64,000 nt of DNA, from the NCBI GenBank assembly GCA_009602725.1, contig WELB01000007.1:1192310-1256309 (forward strand), given 5' to 3'. The notes beneath the pieces were generated by a model that was not told the origin of the DNA, made no database searches, and worked only from the letters and a program-made list of their open reading frames with translations. The number at the start of each line of letters is the position of its first letter. The first letter of the stretch is position 1. This document shows, in pieces, positions 10,490-24,013 of this stretch. This stretch comes from Spirogloea muscicola (taxonomy: Eukaryota). Made by a program: the position numbers and the translations under genes.

Positions 10490-10815
10490 CCAGTCTCGCG
10501 CCGCTCGCCGCGCCAGCAGCGAGAGCCCGTGGCCAGCACGCAGGTGCAAAGCGTGGGCCGTGGACCGCTGAAGGGAATACGGCTAGTCGCATGCGATAGA
10601 GGAAGAGGGGCTCGCCCATAGAGGATAGGGGCTGGAAAAGGCCAGCCCAAAAAAGAAATGAGCAAAGTGCGAGAAGACAGCTGTCGCACCCCTAGTGCTT
10701 CCCCTGGCCCCTTCTCGCAGTGTGTTCAATCTCAGTGTGTCTCTCAGTGTGTTCGTTCTTTTTTGGGCTGGCCTAATCCAGCCCCTATCCTCTCTGGGCG
10801 AGCCCCTACTTCTCT
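10490..10815. mobile_element. CRE-like retroelement remnants immediately upstream of the GolS-like gene
   Basis: Minus strand YRMRLAV/SLQRSTAHALHLRAG (about 10600-10500). Minus 3' end at 10600-10675. Plus 3' end GGGCTGGCCTAATCCAGCCCCTATCCTCTCTGGGCGAGCCC (10764-10805), about 40 nt before the ATG at 10848. Confidence 0.75.
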
Positions 10816-11138
10816 CAAGGAGTGCGCGCCGCCCGCCGAGCTCCGCCATGGCGACCCGGTGCGGCGCCGCCAGGCAGCTGCCCGGCGCCCGGCACTGCTG
10901 CTGCCCAGGCGCCGGCAGCTCCGCGGCCCCGCACTGCGAGCTGCCGCGGGCTCCGGGGGCTCGCAGCACTTCTGGTCCGCGCCCTCCAGCGCTGCTGGGA
11001 GCCTGCGCTCTTCTGTTTGCATCCAGGCACGGCCGCTGCGCCATGCCGGGCTGGGCGTTGGGGCTGTGTGAAGCCACGGTCGCGGCGCCCACCCATGGTG
11101 TCCTGCTCCCTTCTGCTCTCTGAGCATGCTGGGCACCC

Positions 11139-12541
11139 ATGCAGCCCTTGCTCGCCGTCGCTGCAGGGAGGGCGGCGTACGTGACGCTGCTCATGGGAGC
11201 CGGCCTGTACTGGAAGGGCGTCGTGGGACTGGCCAAGAGCCTGCAGCGGACCGGCACGCGGTTTCCCCTTGTCGTGCTTGTCAGTGTCGACGTGCCCAGC
11301 AGCCACCTGAGCGTCCTGTTATCGAGCGGCTGCCAGGTCCGCCATGTGAAGGCCATTCCGCCACCCAAGGTGATTCGCTACATCGACTCCGCAGAAGATG
11401 CAGCCCCACGGAATCCACTGGCTGAGACAGAAGTTGTTGTCGCTGAATCCACCCAGCTCCAAATTTTACTCATTGCATGTTCTGCAGCTTCTGGTGTTCC
11501 TTGCAGCCAAGGCCAGGCCTGCTGTTGTGCTCGTGCTCAGTCAGGACTTTCGCTGTGCGGCCTGTCCTCCTAGACTGCAGGGAAGGGGAGACGAGCGCTT
11601 CGCAGTGGGGCACTACGCACTGAACTACACAAAGCTGAACATCTGGAACCTTGCCGACCAGTATGACCGCCTGATCTACCTGGACGCAGACATGCTCGTC
11701 CTCAGAAATCTGGACCACCTTTTCCTGGAGGTGCCACCTGAGCGGCTGGCAGGGGTGCTGGACTGCTTCTGCGAAGGGTGGAGTCATCCCGAAACGCGGC
11801 GTGGCAGGTAAGCCAACAGCTTCTATCCTTTTGAGCGATGTTGCTCTCCATCTGACAAGGAACATACTTGCACACAACAATCTTGCCTCACTTGCAGAAG
11901 GTTTTCTCCACTGTGGCAGGAATGGTTACTGCCAGGTTGCGCCTGACAGCAAGCCCTGGGCAGGGGACATTCCGGCTCCTGCTCTATACTTCAATGCAGG
12001 GATGCTGGTTCTGCAACCCAGCAGGGGCCTCTTCCAAGACCTTTTGTCGAACCTGCATACCTTTCCACCCACGCCACTTGCAGAGCAGGACTTCCTGAAT
12101 GTATACTTTGAGAAGGCATTCTTCAGGCTGGCAAACGAGTACAATGTGCTGTTGCCATACCTCTGGCACCACCCAGAAAAGGTACTGCTGACTGTGTATT
12201 GCGAGCAGTTCACAATTGGGTTCTCTTCACAACGTCTGTGTGTAATATTCTAGAATGCTGTCAAGCAATGTACCTTCATCTGGGCTTTTGAAAGAAGACA
12301 AATCAAGCACTATAATCTTGTTGCTAAAAAGCCACAACTGAGAGCCTTTTGAAAACGTCATGGTCAGGTGAAGCTGGAGGAAGCTTACATCATCCACTAC
12401 TCTGTCACGGGCTCAAAACCATGGGCGTTCAATCCCACTGCCGAGCACATGAATCTGCCTGAAGTTCACCACCTAATTTCAATGTGGCAGCAAGTCTACA
12501 ACACCGTCAATACAACTCTTGCTAAGGACTTTGTGATTTAG
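11139..12541 (+). CDS. GolS: Galactinol synthase-like GT8 glycosyltransferase, copy 1 (possible extra 5' exon from ATG 10848)
   Basis: RAAYVTLLMGAGLYWKGVVGLAKSL, NYTKLNIW, LIYLDADMLV, VLDCFCEGWSH, GYCQ..PD..PW..PALYFNAGM, PTPLAEQDFLN and IIHYSVTGSKPW follow the GolS motif order. Exons about 11139-11369, 11581-11807, 11920-12181, 12368-12541. Confidence 0.88.
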
Positions 12542-13407
12542 CGAACTGTGAAGGGAGTAAGCTCTAAGGTCCTAGATTGCTCTGTGACGAGTACAAATAG
12601 CATGCTTCACCCAGTTTTGCAGCCCTTCTGTGCACATGGTCAAAAAAGACCTCCTGCCTACTAAATCGCAGCGTTACAGGTGTTACGAATGGCCAGAGAC
12701 TGAGCATCACAGAATGTAATACATCATATAGTAAAACAATGCAAGGCCCCTCTTGGCATCTTCACACAATGCCAGTTTAACTTGGTAAACAGCAAATCTT
12801 TGTCAGGTATGAGGTCTTATTGCAAGCTCACTCTGCACTGCTTTTCATCAGTGATGCAAGCACATGCACCCTCCCACACAAGGCCTTGCTGATGAGGGTG
12901 TCTCGCCTTGCACACTGAGCACTGTTTGCTTACAAAGGAGGAACGTCTGGAAGAAGAGCAGGCGAGTACAAGTAAGCAAAGAGGGGGCTCGCAGTACACT
13001 TAGTACTGCTCATCTAAGCTGCATCGACCACAGTCCAAGAGAATGTGGTTGCAGTCTTGATTTTGCAGGTTTCCTACAGATGGCATACAGTAAGTATTGC
13101 CTAAGAATTGGAGGCTTCATTGTTGTACTGCAGTCGTACAGCGCAAGCATTGTATACTAGAGGTATCTACTCCAGAGATCAAGCACTAGTATGTGAACAG
13201 TAAGCACGCTGCAGGAGGGAGCAGCCATTTAAGGCACTGATATGACATTGTTTCTATAGCAGAAAGGTATCACGGAATCAATGCGAAGCATGTTGCTAAA
13301 TTACGTTGTGCCAAAGTGAATGTCAAGTCTAGAAGGTCATTGCCTCACTCGCTTACAATGAGCGCAAAAATGTAACAAGAAATACTGAGGACCTCTACAT
13401 GCACACG

Positions 13408-16400
13408 TCAGTCAAAGGTGAAAGTAAGAACTTGTAATCCTCGGCCAACAACCGCAATCCGATAATTTTCACTGCGGGATAAAGGAGCTGTGTCAGTTGC
13501 ATGAAGTCATTGTTAGCTGTGCAAAGCTTTGAAAAGCTCATATAAGAGTGAGCACTAGATGCATATACACATAGATGCTGAGGTGCATGTACACTACATA
13601 CCCTGCTGGTTCTGCATCCAGTCCTCCAATGTCAGGCACATCGAGAACACAACTTGTAATTTCTTCAAGCAGGATCTTGCTTGTAAGAAGTGCTGCTGAT
13701 GTTGCCTGATGTTCAGCTTCGCCTAGGGAGCTCATCAGCACGTGACGAAGGTGCCAGCACCGCAAACGCTGGTCAAGGCCTGCTGAGAAAGCCAACCTAC
13801 CATCTGTCCAGACTCCTGCAGTCCTTGGCAATGGCATGTACCGAATCAGATATACCATCATGGACAGAAGGTCTTAATAAATACTTGTACATGTATCCAT
13901 CCCAAAGCAAGTCTGTGAGTGGCATGTACCTCATGCCAGCAATACATGCTAAAGTAGGCTATCTGCCACTTTGTGCTGCACCCTGTGTTGCAGAGCTTTT
14001 ACTTGTGATGGTGAAATCATGGCAGAGCATACCTTTCACAGAAGACAAGTGCGCATTCGCCAGTAATCTGCGATGTATGCAGTGCACCACCATCTGCTGG
14101 GGGTCCAAGCCAGCTTCAAGCAGCAAACAGTGGACCTCCTGGCCTTGAGGAGCTGCCTGAGAAGCCATATCACAGTTCACTTGCAGCACAGCCAAATGAA
14201 TAGCTTGGTCATCGCCGCCAGTAACTAGAGTCAGTTGCCCCCCCGGAGTCATGAGCCCATCTTGCTGCTGGTTGTTTAGCTGCTTGCAGCTCAGGCTCCA
14301 ATGAGTGGGAGCCATGCTCAAGCTATTTATGCCCGACTGATGGATGCTGTAAAGGACCAGAACGGGCCTCAGCACTGTCACTGTAACGCATCTTCCTGTC
14401 TTGGCGGACGACGTTGGACAGCCCACTTCAGCTGCCCCCGGCACTCTATTAATAGAAACCAGCTCCTGAGTGCATTCGAGGCCAGCATCTGTGGCTGGCG
14501 CATCTATGCTTCCTTGCGTGCATGAAATGGCTGACTGCTTGCAGCAACCTTTGTTCTCTGAAGAGTCTGGAAGCTGTACACTGGTCTTGGCCACAGTTTG
14601 AGCAGGACGAGAAAGTGGAATGCCACCCTGGTGACTCTGTAATTGTTTGGACATATCATCCCCGTGCACATCTTCCAAGTGCTGTCTCTGCCAGAGAGTA
14701 CGGCGTGTGCGGGAGGCTTTAGACTGGCTCCCACCTTGACTGCCTCGGCCCCTCAGGGGAAGCCTGGCTGAAGTGGGTGGCTCAGAAACAAAGGACTCAG
14801 TGTTTAACAGGAAGAACTTGACAGAGGGTGTGATGTCCCAGATGGCCGCAGCACCATCCGTGGCGCCGCTGCAGACGATGAAAGCCAGATCCTCCAAGCG
14901 GTGGCCCTCTGCAGCAAAAGGCAAACGGCACATTAAAGGACAGTCTTGATCGACTATTGTCACCACCATGCTCAGTGCTTCCTGCAAGCTCATCTGCATC
15001 AGGATGATCGTGCTCACACAGCTCTTACCAAGCACATCTTCAAGAGGTTGCCTGTTCAACACTTTGTGCTTCTTCTTGGAGTATATGACGTGCGCGAGTG
15101 AGAGCACAGGGGCTGCATGATGACATAGTACAGCAAGCAGGTGCCTGGCTCATGTAACACAGGTGCACACCAATGAGTAACCCCTGGCGTTAATCACCAC
15201 ATTCAGCTCAAATGGACGACTTAGCCATCAGCCTTTGAGCCACGTCACTTGTGTCTTTGCGAGCTCATCCCACTCCACCTCTGCTTGGGCTGCTTAAGCA
15301 CGTCATGTGGCATAAAGAGCTCGCTTTCTGCAGTCCACTATGGTGCCAGCTTTGGCTTGTTCGTGAATCAAAGCAGCGCCCCTACCTCAACTCCTCGACA
15401 GAATGGACCAGTTCTTCATAAGCAAAACGTCTTACCATGTATCTGTTGCAGCATGGAATACATGGAGTCGAAGTTGAGCGTCTGAGACGGCTGCGACGAT
15501 GTACACAATCAATGATCTGCACGCAGTGGCTAACATCCATGCCTCAGGAAGCGAAAGGAGCACATGATAGCAATGCTGCACCCAGAAATCATACGTCATT
15601 AGGTGGGTGAGAATGTGCTTGGAAGTGGATACTGTCATTACCCACTTCTGTTCTTGATTGAGTCACTCATCAGGGTCCTCAACTGCGTGCCAAGAAAGTA
15701 TGACTCACCGGGACTGTATGCTGCCAAAACTGAAAGCTGTAATCGCCATGATACGCTGGTCATTCTGCTCTTGCCTAGTGTTGGGAGCACTGTGAATGGG
15801 GGGCAGCTCTTGACCTTCAAAGCCTGAACCTCCCTCTTTCACGGCGTTGCCTCCCTTGTGAGATGAGCCCCCATCGAGAGAAGCGTGTAAGTCGTCAACC
15901 AACGCACCCTCGACTTTCAGGATTAAACTCGTCCTTAACCTTGCTGGTCTGAAAGTGCTCACCCAGCCCGAAACAAGCTGACAGGGTCGTGATTTTGAGA
16001 GAGGGTTGACTTCCGCCATAAGCAAGCCAACATCTTCCTCTGCAACTTGCACCCACTCATGCGACCAGCAGGCCATGCCTTCCTTGGCTCCTGCAGTCAC
16101 GGTGATTACGGATGGTCTGATGGCCTGTCCATCTGCTGATGGCGTCGTGTACAATGGTACAACACTTCCATCTACCACTTGACCAATCTCTGTCGCCACA
16201 GCACTTGCTCTTACAGGTGCACCACCTGCCAGCTCTCCTAGCACTTCTGCTGAGCGCAGCTTTTGCTGACTGGTCCTTGCACCTGCGACGTATCTTCACA
16301 AGCATGCACCACAGTAGGAGTGCACATCAGAGTAAGGCTCTCAACAGCTTGCAAAGCATGCAGACTGGAATTATCACATATGAACAACAAGGTCCACCTA

Positions 16401-19400
16401 TTTAGTGGTGGGGTATCAAATACGATAGACAAGGATAAGCTATTCCCACTCTGCATGTGAATTTGAAACATGCAGAGCCAGTCATCATCTGCCTCACTTG
16501 ATGGTCCTCACAGTACCATCTTCTGATCCTGTCAAAATATAGGACATCTGAAGCTGGCCACTTCCTTGAGTACTCTGCCTTGCTGGTGGCCTTATGAAGG
16601 AAGCAGTATGTATCTCCCTCCCATGATATTGGAGCTGAAAAGACCGTGGGTGTACAACCTGCCCACCGTAACAAGCTTCTTGATTTGGAGACTTGGGCAC
16701 CTCACAATGTATATAAATCTTTTGATCCTGCCATGTAAATTCTATTAATTGTTCAGAATTAATAGGAGTCAATATCTTGCCAATTCATCAAATGGAGGAC
16801 TAGTCTCTGAATGTACTTTCATGTATCCTGTGCGGCTCTCCAACTCCAAGTAGGGTTGGAGTCACAGTGGTGACAGTATGTTGCTGTTGATTGTGAATGT
16901 TCACTGATACTGTGTGCCAATTTGCTCTAGAAGATATTATTTGCAGATTGCACAACTGATAAAGGTGCACGCAAGTCTTAGATTCTACTGTACAAAAAGG
17001 TCATTGAATGAGAAGGAATGTGAAACCATCTCTAGCAGCACAAGGACCGAACCTTGAGATATGCGAAACAATAGCGGAAGGCTTGTAGATTATCCACAAT
17101 AACAGAATGTGGGCGATTCCACCCACCGCAGGGAACACGAAGGAGCTTCACAAGAAACCATTGTGTATCAATGACTACCTGACTAAGACATCCGATGGAC
17201 TGGATATCATTTCAAAGACAGGGATGTCCTGCCCTTTGTGGCAGGCTTCTCATAAGCTGCTCATTTAATAATTAGTCAGAAGTAAGATCTATAGAGAGCA
17301 ATCAGCTACATGAAACTCCGTCAGACTTGCTTACCTCAAGTTGGCTGGAAAGGCTCCAGATGAGAAAGTCAGACGCAGAGAAGCCTACTGCCATGCGCTC
17401 ATGATCATTCTCCTCTGACTCTGGCATGCCTTGTTTCGTCACCACAGCTTCCACTACTGTGATCCCTGGCACCGGCTCAACCCTAATACATGTCATTGTT
17501 GCCGGCTTTTCTGTAGACCTCGCTCGACTGTAATGAACATGGTGGCAAATGCAGCCATCTCTCCCCGTCTACGCCAGGTGATCAATACTGGGGATCAGCT
17601 GGCATGCAGGTGACACAGGACGCCATGATGCAAATTGAGAGTGTTCCGCAAAAAATAAAAAAATAAAATTAAGAATAGCACTCATGACTTTGCACATATG
17701 CCGATAGAGTAGCTGCAACTCATGCTTGATTAATATATGTGTAACGAGCCTGCTCACCGAAGAAATGTTGATCTTCTCAACATCACATATGTTTTCTGAA
17801 ATTGCAACTGAAAGAATTGCCGATATACCATGTGCAGCTTTGCTTATGGCCACAAGTGTAGGCAGAGAGTTGGCAAGCTCTGCAGCTGGGCAGGAGAACA
17901 CAAGGATGTTGCTTTTCTGGTCGCCACAAACAAGAAGCTGCGCAAGGAAATCAAGTGGAGAGTATCCTTGCGGCTGAGTGACAGAGGATGACTGTGCCTC
18001 CACCATCTAACAGCCAAGCAGACAAGAGCCTTACTTGGCAGCATGCATCAAAAAGAACTTCCCCGCCTGCCAGGCCCCAAGTGCAAGGACCCAAGGCCAC
18101 GGCTACGTACTTCCTTATTCTTGCACAGATCCAGACACAAAATACGTGCCCCAAAAGGCGATGAGAAAGTAAAAGCCTTTATTGCAGTGAGCAAGGGATG
18201 ACGTTGCACAGTCTTCTCCTCCTCGGACATGATAAGCCTCTCAAGTGCCCACCACGTTAATGTACCAAAAGGATCCGTGGTAAATACTGTCCTGTGAGAC
18301 AACAAAGATCAACTTGGATAAGTAAGCTGTGGGAGCTAGGAAATCTTGAATTGTTAAAAAGTCATGCTGCATATCAAGTATCTTTAAACGTAAAAGCCTC
18401 CACTCTCTCCGTGCCCCAGTGGCAGCAGTCCTCTGGCTTCAACCCCATGATAATTGAATCAGTATGCATTTCTATGCATCCCACAAGTGCATGCGCATAT
18501 GAATGTGGCAGGCCAAAGCCTTAGTAAGTACACAGACAAGTACTACGCTCTCTCATGTTCGTGCGTCAGCAATTGTTTGCTCAACACCCAGGAATCGCAA
18601 TAGCCATCGTATCTATGCACCACTTTAGCGACATCAAGCTGAAAGATTGACTGCAATGGCCAAATTCAGCAAGCACCGATGTGCCTCATACTAGGGACTC
18701 CGCAGACAGACTCACGAATAGCAGTGAAGAAAGTGACTCAAATATGAACTGGTCATCACCTGTTCCCTGCCTTCCTGCAGAAGAACGTCCCAAGAAGCTG
18801 TCGTTGACCGTAGCTTTGCCACCTGCAACTCCAGATAATCTGGATTGCTGCCTCAGCACTCATGCAGACGGCAGTTGCATACCCCATTCCATCTCCATAG
18901 GCGATTGTGTGGATCGCAGCACCACCTTCATTTGCCTCTCCAGGATACGCAAGTGACCCCAGTGCAGCATCTTCCATGCTGCAAAAATCCCTACGTGCTG
19001 GAGCTGCTAACAATTTGTGCTCATAACACCCATTGAGAACATCCATCGTGACTATGGGACCTCTGCCTGCCTCAAGAAGCGCTGGTACAACTGTTGCCCA
19101 CTGAGCTGTGGCTACGGTGTAGCGATGTAAGAGGCCCAAGTTGGTGGCTACATAGAGAATATGGAAACTTGCCAGCGCCAGGCACCGTACATACTCAGCT
19201 TTACTGCATAAAAGATAACAAGCACTCATTGGTCTGCATAATTGATTGTAGGCCTACTTCATATTGATATAGTGTAGAACTTGCACATGGCTAAGCAGAT
19301 GTAGCACCTTGCAGTCACGAGCAAGCAATGAGATAGGAGACCTTTACCTGCATGTATGCTCCACATCGGCTTCATGGTGCTCAGAAGCACTGTCTACTTC

Positions 19401-22400
19401 AATCGCCGAAAGATCAGCAACAGAAACATGAAAATCAGCTGCTTTTTGATGGCCTGAATGCTGATTAGCCGTTGCAGTGGCCAGTGCGCCTGTAATTGCC
19501 TGTGTGGCAAGGATGTGCAATTTAATGGAGGCATCTGCGCCCCCCGTCAGTAAGCAATTTGTTATAGGATCGTATATGCATCTCCATATAGCTCGGCCCC
19601 TGCAGAGGAGATCCAAGCCCACCTTGGTCTAATGATTAAAACGGCCAATGGAGCTTGCTATACATGGAGTGATGCCTGAGTTGCCACAAGAGTGGCCACC
19701 AGCTTGAAGTATTTCACTAAAGAGGGACCCACTCAAAGCAACAATCACAATAATAGCATCATGTAAGCATGACAGTCGGTCACCATATCCACAGTATCCT
19801 GTGACACCCATTCATGAGTATGTCACAATAAGAGAACCTAGATGCTACAACTCACTGGTGGCCGCGGATGATGCGCAGGAGGTTGCCAGATGGTGTCCAA
19901 ACCCGACAAGTGCAGTCCTCACTGACTGTCACAGTAATCTGCGTCAAAGATCAGCACCAAAAGTGGCATGTCAGGGAGTACAATCTTCCCGATTATTTTG
20001 CGAAGGCGAAAGTGTCAGTGTCAGCAGTAAGAAAGACAGCAGGGGGGCTTTGCAGTGAGCACTTGAAGGCGACATTTTTGGAAGCAACAGACCTGCTCAT
20101 TTACTTCACAATCCCAGAGTCGCGCCGAGTGTCCGAAGAGGGCAGCCCCTGGCTCGCAACTTGGTGCCTCAGATTGGCTTCCACTGAAGCGCCAGATTCT
20201 TGCGCTGAAATGCAGGGCCAGCATGGATTATGTGAAACATGTGATGATCCCCATTGCAAGCATCAAATGCAGATGTACCTGCTCTGTCTGATGAAGGCCA
20301 TAGGTTGACATTCAGGTGCCACTATTGTCACATAGGCATCCACAACAAGGGTGCAGTATCAATCTTACTTCTTCAAACAATAGATGAGGTCACAAACTAT
20401 TAGAAAGAGAAGAGGTGCACACAATAAGAGGGACACGGTCACATTGATATTACTTCATACCTGCGATCATCTGAGGCTGATCCCAGCAGACGCCCATCAG
20501 AAGACCAACTCAACCGGTGTATGGAGCCCTCGTGACCTTCTAGGTGATGCAGCGGCACTGCTGTTCTCGTCATGCATGAAGAAGCCCTTTTGAATAGGGC
20601 CCCTTGGTGGAGCTTACAGCTTCCCTCAAGATGGGAGGTAATGGTCCTAGCATCACTTGCAGTACAATCAAGTACGCCTCCTTGTGTTGGAGGTTCTTTT
20701 CCCAAGGTATGCTGGTCAAGCTGGGAGGCTGCAAGAGCTGCTGCTACACAACCTCCACCATGTGAGCCTGTGACCTTCCAGATTTGAACCTGCGCAGCCA
20801 GAACCTCAACAATGAGAATGAGGAATGACGAACACACCATTTCCATGTGGGGAATGCCAACATGATTCAGTAATTGGTAAGCACCAAGTGATCTCCTGTG
20901 CAGTCCTGCCAAGATGACAGAGAAGCTGACTGTCCCATGAAAGTACCACATGTCACTAAGGATGCCTGCAGTGCAATTTTCAGTTGTACTGAGATATTAG
21001 CTATTCAGTAAGCACATCTGTCTGCATAGGTGGATGCGCCAACCTTGTTGTATATGGTCCCACCAGCAACTTTCAGTGACTCTAAAGAGGTACCCCATAA
21101 ACTTAGCGAATACAGCAAACACGGCTCTGCCAAAGCAGTACAACATATGAGATTCTAGTCTTCCTTGACATTGAATCCATGTATATAGACATGGCACGTG
21201 ATTGGGTGAGTCAACAGAAAAACAACCTTTGCAGACTAACTGCTGAGTCAATAGTTAGATTCAGCAGGTATTGCATAAGTCAACTCTACGTGACAAGCTT
21301 GCCAGTACTGACATACACATGGTCTACATATCTAACCCATATGGCAATGGCATCAAGGACTAGTACTTCAGCATTCCAAGCAAAGTGGGACAGAATGCAA
21401 GATTAGAATGACAAAGCAGTAGGAAGAGCAACATTGTCTTATTTGTTTATATAGGCATTGCAGGCTCCTCTGCATCTGCCCAAAGATGAAAAGGAAACCT
21501 CTTCATTCCACTCTAGTGCGACTATCCTGGATGACAGTACATAGCATGCTCACTTGCCAGAGCATGCCACTTGTAAGACTCTGCATGGTACGGACCATTC
21601 CCAGATCTCAACGGTGTTGTTGGTCAAACCAACTGCAAGGGAGGGTGGCCACATTGTGCCTTCCTCACGTACAGGCCAGTCGTCCTGATTGCATGGAGAC
21701 AAGCCAGGTCAACAAAGTCATCGGCAAGGCAGCCATGTTTGCAAGGTCACATGGCTGCTGCCTTTTTCGCGAATGCTACTAGCTAACATATACAACATGG
21801 TCTGATATGCAAGGCATGATGCGACATTGACCTGCTACTTTCTTTAGACAATATGTGGACGTGCCAAGCAAAATCGTAGATTGTAGAGAGTCAGAACCCT
21901 TGTTACGAGCAAGACCGGGCTCTCAGATCTGGACTTGGCAGGCTGAATCCAAATCAGTGGTGCTTGCAGAAGAGTTGAGAGTCTGGACTCACATACAGAA
22001 GTCTGGCGTCTAGAATCCAGTGACTCAGCCTTGGTAAGCTACTCAATACCTCCAGCTCCTCCTCCTGGTCATAGCTGTGTGCTGGACATACTCCTATCAC
22101 TCTCAGCTTCCTCTCTCCAAATACGACCACCAACTGCTTTCTCTCTGCTTCGCCCTCACCTTGCTGACTTGGCGCAACATCTGTCCTCTCCTCAACGCTC
22201 TCCTCAAGCCCCCTTTCAGCCTGATCCCAAGTATGAGGGAAGGTCTCACCATTTGCAGGGCCATGTATACCATGTATGCGAATGCCACTGAAAATCGAGC
22301 ACGAATTTAGCAGCCGGCCAGATTCAATGTGGTACCACAAGAGGTGACCTCCTACCCCTGCAAACAAAGAGAAAGTCTATCAGGGAATATGCTGATAGTG

Positions 22401-22834
22401 CTCAAATTACGTCTGCAAGCCTCCCAATTACCAGAGATCTTGACCAGACCTACGACCTTCAAACCCTGAATTCAAAAAACCCCTCTCAATGAAACCCTAA
22501 AAGCTAAATCTAACATGAAAGGCTGTCCCAGGTGCAGGAGTCCTGATTTCCAGGCAAAATCATGACTGCTGCTCGTCGCGTGCGCCAGCTATTCAGAAGC
22601 TGCTGATGTGGCCGAGGAGTACGGACTTTACCAGCTCCCAGACTGCACTCTTCAGCCTCAACCAGGACAAGAATAGACTACTGTGCTTCATGCACAGTAT
22701 GAGAAATTCAGTGTCTCACCTGCTAGGAAAGTGAGCTCACGCGTCACGCTGTCTTTCTTTGAGCATGTCCAACTCACAAAACAGAGGGCCGAGACATCCC
22801 CAACATATGCGGAGTTGGTGAAACTCACGACCAT
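13408..22834 (-). CDS. WDR6: WD repeat protein 6 (Trm734-like tRNA methyltransferase cofactor), multi-exon, copy 1
   Basis: First exon MVVSFTNSAYVGDVSALCF...FLAG|VGGHLLWY. Internal LEGHEGSIHRLSWSSDGRLLGSASDDR, LFGHSARLWDC, GRAIWRC...LLTGGADASIKL, QYHGREIH...ILTGSEDGTVR, HHAAPVLSLAH, IHQSGINSL, VTGGDDQAI, AHLSSVKG, FSAGLDQRLRCW. Last exon ENYRIAVVGRGLQVLTFTFD*. Confidence 0.88.
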
Positions 22835-23389
22835 TACACAAGCATCGACCACTCAGGGGACAGAACCCTGCCTTGATGCCCCTGAAGTCATCCTGGTTGA
22901 GCAGAGCTTCACGACCAGCGGGCTCAGAATTCCAGGTCGGCGTGCAAGCGCTCCCTCTGGGAGTACTATGACTGGCCGGCACAGAGTGGGCAATCAGCAG
23001 CAGCGAGCTGGCGCCCGGCAGCACGGCGAGCTGTCCCACGCTCCCGGCGACGAGCGCGCTACAGGGGTACCGGGCAGCTGAAGCGGGCCCGGAAGACGTT
23101 GCCCCCGGCGGGCGCGCCCGAGGGGAAGATAAATGAAAGTAGGTCATACTTTTCGAAAGAAAGGATATATATGAGTAGAGTTGAGGGCTGTGAAAGACCA
23201 GCCCGAAAGCGAGCTCTTCCAAAGGGGGGCAGGGGCTGTAAAAACTGATGAAGGGCTGGCCCATTGAGGATGGGCGAGCCCTTGTAAAAAGCCAGCCCAG
23301 AAAGAGTGCACAAAGTTCAAAGGGCCGACAGGCGCTAAAATAGACAGCACTTCCGCATTGACAGCAGTGACTGTGACAGGCCTGCCCAA

Positions 23390-24013
23390 AGGCGGACCGG
23401 CACACACGACCTGCTCCGGAACGCGATGTTCGGCATATTTGTCGAAGCCGGTTACACTGTGGCGCTGGAGAACTCCAGCATCATGCCTCTGACTGCTGGG
23501 GCGGACGGCCGCCTCCACACCCGGCGCGCCGATCTCGTCGCTAGCGCGCTCGGCGGGGGGCCTCGGCTCATTGCCGACGTCGTCACAACGGACTCCTTGG
23601 ATTCCAGGAGCGCAACACGCTCGGCGGAGGAGGCGGGCTACGCCGTCTGCCAAGCGGCCGCCGCAAAGGAGTGCAAGTACTCAGATCACCCGGTAGGCGA
23701 CGAGTTCATCCCACTCGCCGTCGACGTACACGGCGCCTTTGACGCCAAATGGCTGGACCTCCTTCACCGCCTTGCGCGGCGAGCAGCGGCCCGCCGCGAC
23801 GGGCAGCAGGGCGAGCAGCCTGGCTTCTATGTCGCCGGGTCCCTCGCCCAAGTTTACCGGATGCGCCTGGCCGTATCTTTGCAGCGGTCCCTAGCTTTTG
23901 CGGTCCACTTGCGCGCAGGCCGCGCTCTGGCGGCGGCCTCCGGCTTCCGTCAGGGCGACGTCTTTCCGCCTGCTAGCTACTCAGACTTGCATCTACTGAC
24001 GCGAGGTTACTGA
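23390..24013 (+). mobile_element. 5'-truncated non-LTR retrotransposon: restriction-like endonuclease (PD-(D/E)xK) C-terminus
   Basis: THDLLRNAM...HTRRADLV...RLIADVVTTD...AKECKY...FIPLAVDVHGAF...YRMRLAVSLQR...SDLHLLTRGY*; clearly homologous to 37880-38495. Confidence 0.88.

Noticed and set aside
22455..22505. AAACCCT(A/G)A telomere-like heptamers
   Set aside because: Only two isolated copies in a WDR6 intron; no tandem array.
23245..23282. CTGATGA suggesting a hammerhead ribozyme core
   Set aside because: No correctly placed GAAA and stems; the segment is explained as a palindromic double 3' end.
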